NCBI GenBank assembly: GCA_958348225.1
Contig: CATVYG010000007.1
Location: 3,857-67,856 of the forward strand
Source of the DNA: an uncultured Collinsella sp.
GTDB taxonomy: Bacteria > Actinomycetota > Coriobacteriia > Coriobacteriales > Coriobacteriaceae
Direction of reading: 5' to 3'
Length of the DNA stretch: 64,000 nucleotides
Shown here: one piece after another, positions 38,251 to 47,186 of the stretch
How the letters are laid out: each line of letters starts with the position of its first letter
How positions within the stretch are numbered: position 1 is the first letter of the stretch
Made by a program: the position numbers and the translations under genes
Notes under the pieces: model-generated
The model's database searches: none
What the model was told of the DNA's origin: nothing
What the model saw: the letters and a program-made list of their open reading frames with translations, nothing else

Positions 38251-38358
38251 TAAAGGTTTTCCAGGTGCCCGAGATCGCCGAGAAACCGTGTGGCCATCGA
38301 CCTAATGGGTCATGGTCACACGGTTGAACGGCGAGGTCGGGTGCCTGGGAAAGCTTTA
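38251..38358. repeat. ~108-nt imperfect hairpin between nanA and nanK
   Basis: TAAAGGTTTTCCAGGTGCCCGA...TCGGGTGCCTGGGAAAGCTTTA; inner AACCGTGTGGCCAT/ATGGTCACACGGTT. Confidence 0.8.
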
Positions 38359-39276
38359 AAGGAGACCGTTGTCCTGGAGGACCTTGCGAATCGCCTCGAC
38401 GTTCTCGCCGGTCATGGCCTTCACCGGGCGCGGCATGGTCGGGCTGTCGAAGATACCCATGAGATTCATAGCGGTCTTGAAGGCGCCGACGCCACCGGCA
38501 TAGCCCTGAACGCCCGAGGTGACATCCCAGATGTGCGAAATCTCATTGAGGCGATCCTGCTCGGCCTTGACGGTAGCCCAGTCACCAGCCTGAGCGGCCT
38601 TCCACTGACGCACGTAGCCCTCGGGCTCAACGTTAGCGAGACCCGGGACGGAACCGTCGGCGCCACCGAGGTAAGCGCCGTCAACAACGACCTCGTGACC
38701 GGTGAGGATGCTCATCGGATGGCCGTTCTTCTCGTTCTCCTGAACGAGATAGCGGAACGAGATGTCATCGCCCGAGGAATCCTTGACGCCAGCCAGGACG
38801 CCCTCGGCGCCGAGCTTGGCAAGGAGCTTCCAGGGGAGCTTGGTGTGGACGCACACGGGGATGTCATAGGCAAAGATGGGCAGGTCGAGCTCCTCGTGCA
38901 GGATGCGGAAGTGCTCCTCGACCTCGGTCATGCCCTGCAGGGCATAGAACGGGCAGGTGGCGACGAGGGCATCGGCGCCCAGCTCCTGGGCAACCTTGCC
39001 GTGCTCGATCATGCGCTCGGTCTCGGTATCGATGATGCCGACCAGAACAGGCACGCGGTGATCGACGATGCGCACGGCCTCGGCGATAATCTGGCGACGG
39101 CGCTCGTCGGTGGAGAAGACGACCTCACCCGAAGAGCCCAAGAAGAACAGGCCATCGACGCCGGCGTCGATCATGCGGTTGATGCTGCGCTCAAAGGAGG
39201 CAACGTCGAGCTGGTGGTCTTCGGTATCGGGAACAACGACGGGAGGAATAACGCCGGTGAATTTCTGAGTTGCCAC
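38356..39276 (-). CDS. nanA: N-acetylneuraminate lyase (DHDPS family)
   Basis: LGSSGE, AYDIP, Schiff-base lysine GVKDSSG; GTG after AAGGAG; nan context. Confidence 0.85.
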   Translation of the reverse strand: MATQKFTGVIPPVVVPDTEDHQLDVASFERSINRMIDAGVDGLFFLGSSGEVVFSTDERRRQIIAEAVRIVDHRVPVLVGIIDTETERMIEHGKVAQELGADALVATCPFYALQGMTEVEEHFRILHEELDLPIFAYDIPVCVHTKLPWKLLAKLGAEGVLAGVKDSSGDDISFRYLVQENEKNGHPMSILTGHEVVVDGAYLGGADGSVPGLANVEPEGYVRQWKAAQAGDWATVKAEQDRLNEISHIWDVTSGVQGYAGGVGAFKTAMNLMGIFDSPTMPRPVKAMTGENVEAIRKVLQDNGLL

Positions 39277-39344
39277 AAGAATCTCCTTAGTTGTCTGGCG
39301 GACGGCCCTATGCCATCCACTCTTGTTGGCAGTGTCCAGGCCGC

Positions 39345-40196
39345 CTAGGCCAAAGAACACGGGTAGAACGTTTGGTTAAAGAAGTCGACGACTTCGTTTT
39401 CGAACGCATTGATGCGCTCATGAGCGTATTTGGCATAGATGATATGCCTTCGGTCACACTCAAGGCCGTTGAATACAGCAAACTGACCCTTGGGATCGCT
39501 CACGGTATCCATAAGCGATGTGCCCATGAGCACCGATCCGCGCACCCGAGACGACAGCGCCTCGAGACCGCCGGGAATTGGATTGGCGACCGCCGTGCAG
39601 ACAAGAGCCTGCTCGTCCAGAGCAGACACCGCCAGCGCGACACCGCCGCCAAGACCCTCACCCCATGCAAAAATGCGGTCGGGATCCATGCCATCAAGAT
39701 TGCGCGCGACCTTCGCCAACGCGCAGCCCCAACGGACGCGCTCGACAAAAGCAGGCGAGGTAATCCCCTGCTGCAGATCGCTAGATCCAATCATTTCATC
39801 GTCCAGCGCAAGCACGGCATATCCCATGGCGGCAAACCTCGTCATGTGATGCCATCCCCGCACGGGTCGGTCGATGTCATGGAACATCAGGCATAGTGGC
39901 ACAAGCTCGGATGCCCGGGCACGACCATAAGGCTCGATCAAACGACCGTGGACGACATCCCCACCGAGTTCAAAGGAAACCTCGGAGTAGCGCGCGAACG
40001 GATTGGCAAAATCAATCGCCGTAACAGTCAGCCCGCAAACGTGCGGGTTCAAAGCGGCTGTCTCTAACTCGGAAACATCCGCAGAAGTATCGCCGCGCCA
40101 ACCCCGGAAATCAGATAGCCTTGACGAAACCGTCCCAGCAATTCCCGCAAGCTCGGGGACAATCAGCTCATTGACATTGCTCTCGCACTTAGACAT
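39345..40196 (-). CDS. CE7 acetylesterase-like protein lacking the catalytic Ser
   Basis: Paralogous to the upstream esterase (LMFH, DTVS.P..QFAVFN.L.C, YAHE) but elbow reads GEGLG instead of GxSxG. Confidence 0.75.
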   Translation of the reverse strand: MSKCESNVNELIVPELAGIAGTVSSRLSDFRGWRGDTSADVSELETAALNPHVCGLTVTAIDFANPFARYSEVSFELGGDVVHGRLIEPYGRARASELVPLCLMFHDIDRPVRGWHHMTRFAAMGYAVLALDDEMIGSSDLQQGITSPAFVERVRWGCALAKVARNLDGMDPDRIFAWGEGLGGGVALAVSALDEQALVCTAVANPIPGGLEALSSRVRGSVLMGTSLMDTVSDPKGQFAVFNGLECDRRHIIYAKYAHERINAFENEVVDFFNQTFYPCSLA

Positions 40197-41073
40197 GAGC
40201 CTCCCCTCCCTTGCAGAAAAACGGAATGATCAGATCGTCAAAATCCTGAATCTCCTCGTGGCCAAAGCCTTCAAAGAACTCATGACGCTTTTCACAGGTC
40301 AGGTTGTTGTAGACCGCAAACTGCGTCGCCGGTGGACAGACGATATCGGCCGTGCCCGTGCCAAACAGCACGGGGCATTTGACCATAGGGGCAAAGTTCT
40401 TGGAATCGAAGTACGCCAGCTTGGCATAGGCTTCGTCAATACGAGTCGAGTCCTCGTCAAACCAGCGAGACCAATAGCGCAGGCCCTCGTAGGCAATGTC
40501 GTCGGCATCCAAATCCCAGACCAGGCGGAAATCTGACAGGAAGGGATAGAGGATGGCGGCGCGATTGATAAGCTCGCTGTTAAGCGCGCAGGTCGCAATA
40601 CCCAAACCGCCGCCCTGCGACGCGCCGTTCACAAACACACGGGCAAGATCGATGCCCTCGAGCTCGCGAACGATGCGGCACAGGATGCGAATATCTTGGT
40701 GCAAGCGGACGTAGTAGAGATTGGCCGGATCGCCGTCGATACCGGCGACGATATGGCCCGCGACCGTTGTGCCCTCAAATCCGCCAATGTCCTCGGAGGG
40801 TCCTCCTTGGCCAGGGCAATCGAGAGCAATCAGCGCCATGCCCATACCCGCAAACGACGCCTGCTCAAACCAGCTGCGGCTTGCGCCCGGATACCCATGG
40901 AACTGAAGCACCAATGGCACGGGCTCGTCCGAGACAGGTTTAAGGTACTTGGCGTGCAGACGAGCGCCACACATGCCGGTATACCAGAGATCGAAAAGCT
41001 GGCAGGTCGCAGCATCGGTGACCGATGCCGCCTCGATCGCATAGTCAAGCCCGACGGCGTCGGCCTCGGCCAT
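40189..41073 (-). CDS. CE7 acetylxylan-esterase family protein (putative sialate O-acetylesterase)
   Basis: FHGY, CPGQGG, GASQGGG nucleophile, DIVCPP, GHE; start uncertain. Confidence 0.85.
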   Translation of the reverse strand: MAEADAVGLDYAIEAASVTDAATCQLFDLWYTGMCGARLHAKYLKPVSDEPVPLVLQFHGYPGASRSWFEQASFAGMGMALIALDCPGQGGPSEDIGGFEGTTVAGHIVAGIDGDPANLYYVRLHQDIRILCRIVRELEGIDLARVFVNGASQGGGLGIATCALNSELINRAAILYPFLSDFRLVWDLDADDIAYEGLRYWSRWFDEDSTRIDEAYAKLAYFDSKNFAPMVKCPVLFGTGTADIVCPPATQFAVYNNLTCEKRHEFFEGFGHEEIQDFDDLIIPFFCKGGEAHV

Positions 41074-41246
41074 GCGATCCTTCCAAAAGAGATCGAAATC
41101 TGATGGCGGGGGCTGGGCGCCGCGAAATACACCAAATTGCTGTTGGAGCTCCGGAGCAGGGGGCTTGGCGCGTTAACCCCACCTTGCGAAACCGCCCGGG
41201 TGGTGCGCCCGGCAAGTGAGCCGGGCGCACGGGAGGGAAAGCGAGG

Positions 41247-42074
41247 CTACTCGCCGAGCTTGGGATGCAGCAGCGACGGCGCAGCGCCGAGCAGCATCTT
41301 GGTGTAGGGGTCCTGAGGGTGCTGGAAGACCTGCTTGGCCTCGCCCTGCTCGACGATCTTGCCGCCATTCATAACGATGATGTCGTCAGAGATATAGCGG
41401 ACCGTCTGGATGTCATGGCTGATAAACACCATGGCCAGGCCGAGCTCCTTCTTAAGGTCGGTCAGCAGGTTCAGAATCTGCGCGCGGACCGAAACGTCCA
41501 GAGCCGAGGTGGGCTCGTCGGCGATGATGGCATCGGGGTTCAGCGACAGGGCACGGGCAATTGCGACGCGCTGGCGCTGGCCGCCCGAAAGCTGACCGGG
41601 AAGAACCTCGGCGGCGGAGCTGGGCAGACCGGTGAGCTCCAGGAGCTCTTTGACGCGCTTCTCCTGCTCGGCCTCGGTACCCAGGTTGTGGACGCGCATG
41701 GGGTCGAGCAGTTGCTCGCGAACGACCATGCGGGGATTGAGCGCCGTGGCCGGGTTTTGGAACACGACCGAGATGACGCGACCCATGTGGCGACGGTCCT
41801 CGGCGGTACGTTTGGTAACGTCCTTGCCCTTAAAGTAGACCTTGCCGCTCGTGGGGGCCTGCAGGCCGCACATGACGTTGGCGGTGGTGGACTTACCGCA
41901 ACCGGACTCGCCGACGATGCCGATCGTCTGACCGGGCATGAGCTTAATCGTTACACCCTGGACGGCGTGAACCAGGTTGGGGTGCAGAATCGAGCCGGTA
42001 CGGGTCCTAAAGGTGACGTGGACGTCATCAAGGAAGATGATCGGCTCGACGCCGTTGACTGCGGTCTCGCTCAT
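41247..42074 (-). CDS. Sialic acid ABC transporter ATP-binding protein (NanF/SiaI-like)
   Basis: GESGCGKST, LSGGQRQR, DEPTSALD; nan context. Confidence 0.88.
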   Translation of the reverse strand: MSETAVNGVEPIIFLDDVHVTFRTRTGSILHPNLVHAVQGVTIKLMPGQTIGIVGESGCGKSTTANVMCGLQAPTSGKVYFKGKDVTKRTAEDRRHMGRVISVVFQNPATALNPRMVVREQLLDPMRVHNLGTEAEQEKRVKELLELTGLPSSAAEVLPGQLSGGQRQRVAIARALSLNPDAIIADEPTSALDVSVRAQILNLLTDLKKELGLAMVFISHDIQTVRYISDDIIVMNGGKIVEQGEAKQVFQHPQDPYTKMLLGAAPSLLHPKLGE

Positions 42075-44090
42075 CTACATCACCTCCGCGTGAGGGGTCA
42101 AACCATTTGCCTTGAGCACCTCGTCGGGGAGCTCGGAATAGAAGTGCTCGGTACCGGGCACGCGCTTGAAGACCGGACGGGTGTCCAGGCCGATGCGCGG
42201 ATGGCTCGAGCGGGGCGCGAAGCGATCGCCCTTGGGGAAATCGCGCGGGCTCGGAACGGCGCCGGGCACCTGGTGCAGACGGCCCGAACCGCTCTCGATG
42301 GACAGAACGGAGCCCAGAAGACCGCGGGTGTACTCGTGGATCGGGTTGGTGAGCAGTTCCTTGGTGGGCGCCTGTTCGATAACCTGACCGGCGTACATAA
42401 CCGTGATGTTATGAGCGACCTCGGCGACCAGCGCCAGGTCGTGCGAAACGAAGATCATGGCAAAGCCGAGCTTGGCCTGAAGATCGTTGAGCAGCTTGAT
42501 GACCTGCTTCTGGACGGTAACGTCCAGAGCGGTCGTGGGCTCGTCGCAGATGACCAGCTTGGGGTCGCGGGTAAGGGCCATAGCGATCAGGACACGCTGA
42601 CGCTGGCCGCCGGAAAGCTCGTGCGGATAGCTCTCGAGCGTGCGCTTGGGATCGAGGCCGACGAGCTCCAGGAGCTCCTCGGCGCTACGGGTTCCGCCGC
42701 GCTTGGTGAGCTGCTTCATCTGGGCAGAGATGAGCATGGAGGGGTTGAGCGAGGACAGGGCGTCCTGATAGACCATAGCGATATCGGTACCGCGCAGGCC
42801 GAACCACTCCTTCTTGCTCATCTTGAGCAGGTCACGGCCCTCCCAGAGGACCTCGCCGGAAAGGTGCTCGTCCTCATCGGTCAGGCCCATGATGGCCAGC
42901 GTGGTGATGGACTTACCGCAACCGGACTCGCCCACCAGGCCCATGGTCTGACCAGGACGGACGTCAAAGTTGACATGGTCGACGACGTTGATATCACCGT
43001 GATGCTCAAACTGAATGCAGAAGTCACGGACCGAGAGAATCGGTTCAACAGACTCGTCGGGCACATGGCGATCGTCACGCTTGAGCTCGACATCGCGCAG
43101 GGCGCCAAGGCGAGCGGAGAGGGACTGGGCCTGCTCCTTGTAGGCGCGAACGGGGTCGGAGACCAGCAGGTCGGCCTCGCGACGCTTGGAGGAATCGGTC
43201 GGATCCAGGGCGGCGGAGGGGGCAGCGGCCATAGCGTCGGTAATGCCCTCGGAGAGGATGTTGAGCGCCAGGCAGGTGATCATGATGGCCAGGCCCGGGA
43301 ACAGCGCCTGCCACCAACGGCCAGCGAGCACGCCGCCGCGGGCGTCGGCGAGGATGTTGCCCCAGGTAGCGGTGGGCTCCTGGATACCAGCGCCGATGAA
43401 GGTCAGCGAGGCCTCGAAGATGATGGCGTCGGCGACCAGGGTAACGGTGAAGACCATGATCGGGGCGATGCAGTTACGCAGAACATGCTTGATCAAAATC
43501 CACGGAGCCTTGGCGCCGGAAACGATGACCGCACGAACATAGTCCTCGCCGTACTCGGACACGATGTTGGCGCGCACGATACGGGCAATCTGCGGAGTGT
43601 ACATAAAGCCAATGGCGAAGATGATCGACGGCACGGAGTTGCCCAGGATGGAGACGAAGACGGCCGCGAGGGCGATGCCTGGGATGGACATGATGATGTC
43701 CAAGATACGCATGATCGTCTCGGAGACGGCCTTGCGCGAAACCGCTGCAAGGGCGCCCACGACCGAGCCGCAGACCAGAGCCATGGCAGTGGCGCCAAAG
43801 CCGATAATCAGCGAGTAACGACCACCGTAGAGCATACGCGACAGAATGTCGCGACCCTTATCGTCGGTACCGAAGATAAATCCGTTGCCGGGAGCCTGGC
43901 GAGCCGTAAAGATCTCGACCGGGCTATAGGGGGCAAGAAGGGGCGCCAGAATCGCAGTCAGGGCGACCAGCACCAGCACGACGGCGGCAATCTTAGAAGA
44001 CAGCGTCATCTTCTTCCAGCCACCGAGCTTGAGCCCCTTGGAGGCAGCCTTCTCGAGCTGCTCGGTTTGCTTCTCTCGAATCTTTACCAT
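42075..44090 (-). CDS. Fused permease/ATP-binding subunit of the sialic acid ABC transporter (NanD/SiaG-like)
   Basis: OppC-like N half (FGTDDKGRD) and OppD-like C half (GESGCGKS, LSGGQRQR). Confidence 0.88.
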   Translation of the reverse strand: MVKIREKQTEQLEKAASKGLKLGGWKKMTLSSKIAAVVLVLVALTAILAPLLAPYSPVEIFTARQAPGNGFIFGTDDKGRDILSRMLYGGRYSLIIGFGATAMALVCGSVVGALAAVSRKAVSETIMRILDIIMSIPGIALAAVFVSILGNSVPSIIFAIGFMYTPQIARIVRANIVSEYGEDYVRAVIVSGAKAPWILIKHVLRNCIAPIMVFTVTLVADAIIFEASLTFIGAGIQEPTATWGNILADARGGVLAGRWWQALFPGLAIMITCLALNILSEGITDAMAAAPSAALDPTDSSKRREADLLVSDPVRAYKEQAQSLSARLGALRDVELKRDDRHVPDESVEPILSVRDFCIQFEHHGDINVVDHVNFDVRPGQTMGLVGESGCGKSITTLAIMGLTDEDEHLSGEVLWEGRDLLKMSKKEWFGLRGTDIAMVYQDALSSLNPSMLISAQMKQLTKRGGTRSAEELLELVGLDPKRTLESYPHELSGGQRQRVLIAMALTRDPKLVICDEPTTALDVTVQKQVIKLLNDLQAKLGFAMIFVSHDLALVAEVAHNITVMYAGQVIEQAPTKELLTNPIHEYTRGLLGSVLSIESGSGRLHQVPGAVPSPRDFPKGDRFAPRSSHPRIGLDTRPVFKRVPGTEHFYSELPDEVLKANGLTPHAEVM

Positions 44091-44093
44091 AAT

Positions 44094-45050
44094 CTACACC
44101 GTCCTGATGCGCGGGTTGATGAGCAGGTAGAGCATGTCAACCACGATGTTGATGATGATGAAGGCGAGAGCAACGACGATGACGACGCCCTGAACCAGGT
44201 TCGCCTCGTTGCCCTGAACGCCCTGCAGAATCGCGGTGCCCATGCCGGGGAGGTTGAAGATAACCTCGATGACGACAGCGCCGCCCATGAGGTAACCGAT
44301 CTTAAGACCGAGGGTGGTGACCGGGGTGATCAGCGCATTGCGAAGAACGTTGATGCCGACGACGACCTTCTCGGGAACGCCGGCGCCGCGAGCCATACGG
44401 ACATAATCCTTGTCGAGCTCCTCGACCATGGCGGTACGCACGATACGAGTCATCTGGCCCGTCAGCGGAAATGCCAAGGCGATGGCGGGCATGATCATAC
44501 GTCCCAGATAGCCAACCGGATTCGTGGTGAAGTGAGGCAGAGCACCCGATGCCGGGAGCACCTTAAGGTAGGAAGAGAACAGCAGGATCAACAGAACGGC
44601 AAGCCAGAACGACGGGGTTGCCAAGCCGGCGATGGAAAAGACGCGGATCACTTGGTCCGGCCATTTGTCGCGATACAGTGCCGCGATGACGCCGAGCAAA
44701 AACGAAACGACCGCACCGATGGCAAGACCGATGAAGGTCAGCTGCATCGTGACGGGCAGGGCCGTGGAGATGCGCTTGGCAACGGAGTTGCGAGCAGCGC
44801 CATAGGTGCCCATGTCGCCATGGATCAAATCGCCCATATAGCGCACGTAGCGCACGGGCCAGGGGTCGTCCAGACCATACTTCTCATGGTACTCGGCAAC
44901 CGCCTCGGGCGAGGCACCGTCACCCAACGCCGTGTAGGCGGGGTCGGTCTTGGAGAACGACATAAGGAAGAACACCAGGACGGTGACGCCCAATGCCATG
45001 ATCGGCAGCGCCACAAGACGCCTTCCAATCAAACGTAGCAAGTTGTTCAC
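44094..45050 (-). CDS. Sialic acid ABC transporter permease (NanC/SiaF-like)
   Basis: OppB-like DYVRMARGAG, EVIFNLPGMG, NPRIR; GTG start. Confidence 0.88.
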   Translation of the reverse strand: MNNLLRLIGRRLVALPIMALGVTVLVFFLMSFSKTDPAYTALGDGASPEAVAEYHEKYGLDDPWPVRYVRYMGDLIHGDMGTYGAARNSVAKRISTALPVTMQLTFIGLAIGAVVSFLLGVIAALYRDKWPDQVIRVFSIAGLATPSFWLAVLLILLFSSYLKVLPASGALPHFTTNPVGYLGRMIMPAIALAFPLTGQMTRIVRTAMVEELDKDYVRMARGAGVPEKVVVGINVLRNALITPVTTLGLKIGYLMGGAVVIEVIFNLPGMGTAILQGVQGNEANLVQGVVIVVALAFIIINIVVDMLYLLINPRIRTV

Positions 45051-45110
45051 GTTCTCTCCCCTTTCTTTTGTCGGTAGGACCAACTGGTATATGAGTACGG
45101 ATACTCATTA

Positions 45111-45147
45111 CAAGACCCGAGCGACATCGTTGCCGCCCGGGTCTTTG
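45111..45147. terminator. Intergenic hairpin after the binding-protein gene
   Basis: AAGACCCGAGCG/CGCCCGGGTCTT stem. Confidence 0.5.
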
Positions 45148-45207
45148 TTTCAACTATGAGGATACGGTCCCAACGACCGACATCCTGCATACAGACTCAA
45201 GCGAGTC

Positions 45208-46821
45208 TTACGCCTTGACGGTCGCAACGCCCCTGAAGGACATGCTCGTCGTGCCGATGCCCTTGAAGCCATCGAGGGCCTCGCCGTTGGGCGCAGTGGA
45301 CGGATCGTCCCAGGAAGCGGAGACGGTCTTGACGTGGACAACGGGGTACAGAACGGCGTTGTCGGCAATGATGTCGAAGCACTCGTTCCACTTCTTCTGC
45401 TGCTCGTCGCCCTCGGCGGCAAGAGCCTCGTCCATGAGACCGTGGAGCTTCTGCCACTCAGCGGACTCCTTCCACGGGCAACGGGTCTGCATCCAGACGT
45501 TGTCGCCGTACCACCAGTTGAGCAGCAGGTCGGGGTCGGCGCCGAAGCAGGAAGGATCGCCAGGGGCAAGGAGGATATCGTAGGCCTCGCCGCCGTCGAT
45601 GGCAGCGTAGGTAGCCGGCGAGGTATCGGTCTGGATGGTCACATCGAAGCCGAGAGCGTCGAGGTCGTTCTTGACCTGGGCGGCCATGCCCTTAATCTGC
45701 TCGTTGTCGGTGGTGCGCAGGGTGATGGCACCCGGGGTGATGCCAGACTCCTCGATGAGCTTCTTAGCCTTCTTGGCGTCGGTCTTGTACACCGTGGAAG
45801 CCTCATGATAGTTGGTGAAGCTCTTGGGCAGGTAGCAGCTGGCAGCGGTGGCAAGGCCGGCGAAGGTGTTGCTGACCATCTTCTCGGTGTCGAGCGCATA
45901 CATGACAGCCTGACGGACCTTGACGTTGTTCCAAGGCTCCTTGGCGACGTTGAACATGATGAAGCGGGTGCCGAAACCCTGAACGTTATCGATCTTGCAG
46001 CCGGCGCTCTCGAGCTGGTCGACGGCGTCAGCGGTAACGAGCTCCATGACGAGCGTGGAGCCCTCCTGCTGAGCGGTAACGCGAGCGGTGGGGTCGGTCA
46101 GGATGCTGTACTGGATCTTCTTATCCTCGGCAGCATACTCACCGTTGTACTCGGGGTTGGGAACCAGGGTAATCTCGGTATCGGAGATAGAGTCGTACAT
46201 CCAGGGGCCGGAGCCGATCGGCTGCTTGGCGCGATCCTCCTCGGTCTGGGTGGCCGGGGTAACGCGGACGATGGCCAGACGATCCTTGAGCAGGGAGAAG
46301 TTGGGGACCTTGGTCTTGACCGTCACGGTGCTGGCGTCCTTGGCCTCGATGGACTCGAAGGGCTGGAAGAACGGAGCATAGGTAGCGGAAGCGGCGCAAG
46401 CGGTGTAGGAGGCAACGACATCGTCAGCGGTGACCTCGGTGCCATCGGAGAACTTGGCGCCCTTGCGGATGGTGACCTCGAAAGTCGTGTCGTCCACAGA
46501 CTTGGGATCGTCGGTGGCGAGCTCGTTGAAGGTGCTGTAGTCGTGGTAATCGATGCCGTAGAGGCCCTCGACGACGTGCCAGTTAGCACCCAGGCCCACA
46601 GCGGAGCCGGTGCTGGCGGGATCGAAGCTGGACGGAGCGTAAGCGGAACCAGCGGTGATCACGCCGCCGCCACGGTTGGCGGAATCGGTGGAACCGGAAG
46701 CGGAACCCTCGTCGCTAGAGCTGCCGCCGCAGCCGGTGAGACCAAGCCCTGCGACAGCAGCGACGCTGCCGGTGAGGCCGAGGAACGAACGCCTGGACAT
46801 ACCCTTGTTGATGATGGCCAT
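45208..46821 (-). CDS. Sialic acid ABC substrate-binding lipoprotein (NanB/SiaE-like)
   Basis: SRRSFLG twin-arginine motif, LTGC lipobox, ANWHVVEGL, APGDPSCFGADPDLLLNWW. Confidence 0.88.
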   Translation of the reverse strand: MAIINKGMSRRSFLGLTGSVAAVAGLGLTGCGGSSSDEGSASGSTDSANRGGGVITAGSAYAPSSFDPASTGSAVGLGANWHVVEGLYGIDYHDYSTFNELATDDPKSVDDTTFEVTIRKGAKFSDGTEVTADDVVASYTACAASATYAPFFQPFESIEAKDASTVTVKTKVPNFSLLKDRLAIVRVTPATQTEEDRAKQPIGSGPWMYDSISDTEITLVPNPEYNGEYAAEDKKIQYSILTDPTARVTAQQEGSTLVMELVTADAVDQLESAGCKIDNVQGFGTRFIMFNVAKEPWNNVKVRQAVMYALDTEKMVSNTFAGLATAASCYLPKSFTNYHEASTVYKTDAKKAKKLIEESGITPGAITLRTTDNEQIKGMAAQVKNDLDALGFDVTIQTDTSPATYAAIDGGEAYDILLAPGDPSCFGADPDLLLNWWYGDNVWMQTRCPWKESAEWQKLHGLMDEALAAEGDEQQKKWNECFDIIADNAVLYPVVHVKTVSASWDDPSTAPNGEALDGFKGIGTTSMSFRGVATVKA

Positions 46822-47186
46822 GTCTTCTCCTATCAATAGAGAATCTTACTCGGGAGCACCTAGACTTGCCCCCGCGCAACTTGCGGACGATATATACCTT
46901 ACCTACCGACGTACCCAACTGAGGTGCCGCGCTCGGCGACCGATACATACATACGCTTGAACGGTATTTACTACCGTTCACCGAATTCATTGACAAACGA
47001 TTCGTCAGACAGTATGTATCGACGAGGTGAGATATCAGTCTTCGTCAACCCGCAGGATAGCAGGGTTGTTCACCATGGCTAGTCAAACGTTTTAGCGTTA
47101 ATAAAACCAGAAATCGGCTGGTAATCGCCGCGAAATAAATGATTGAAAATCGGCCAATCATGTATATCAGTTGTTTAGAAGCGCAT

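Noticed and set aside
41265..45038. 1257-aa plus-strand ORF
   Set aside because: Antisense shadow of the nan ABC genes; GC-rich codon bias removes stops on the opposite strand; no recognisable motifs.
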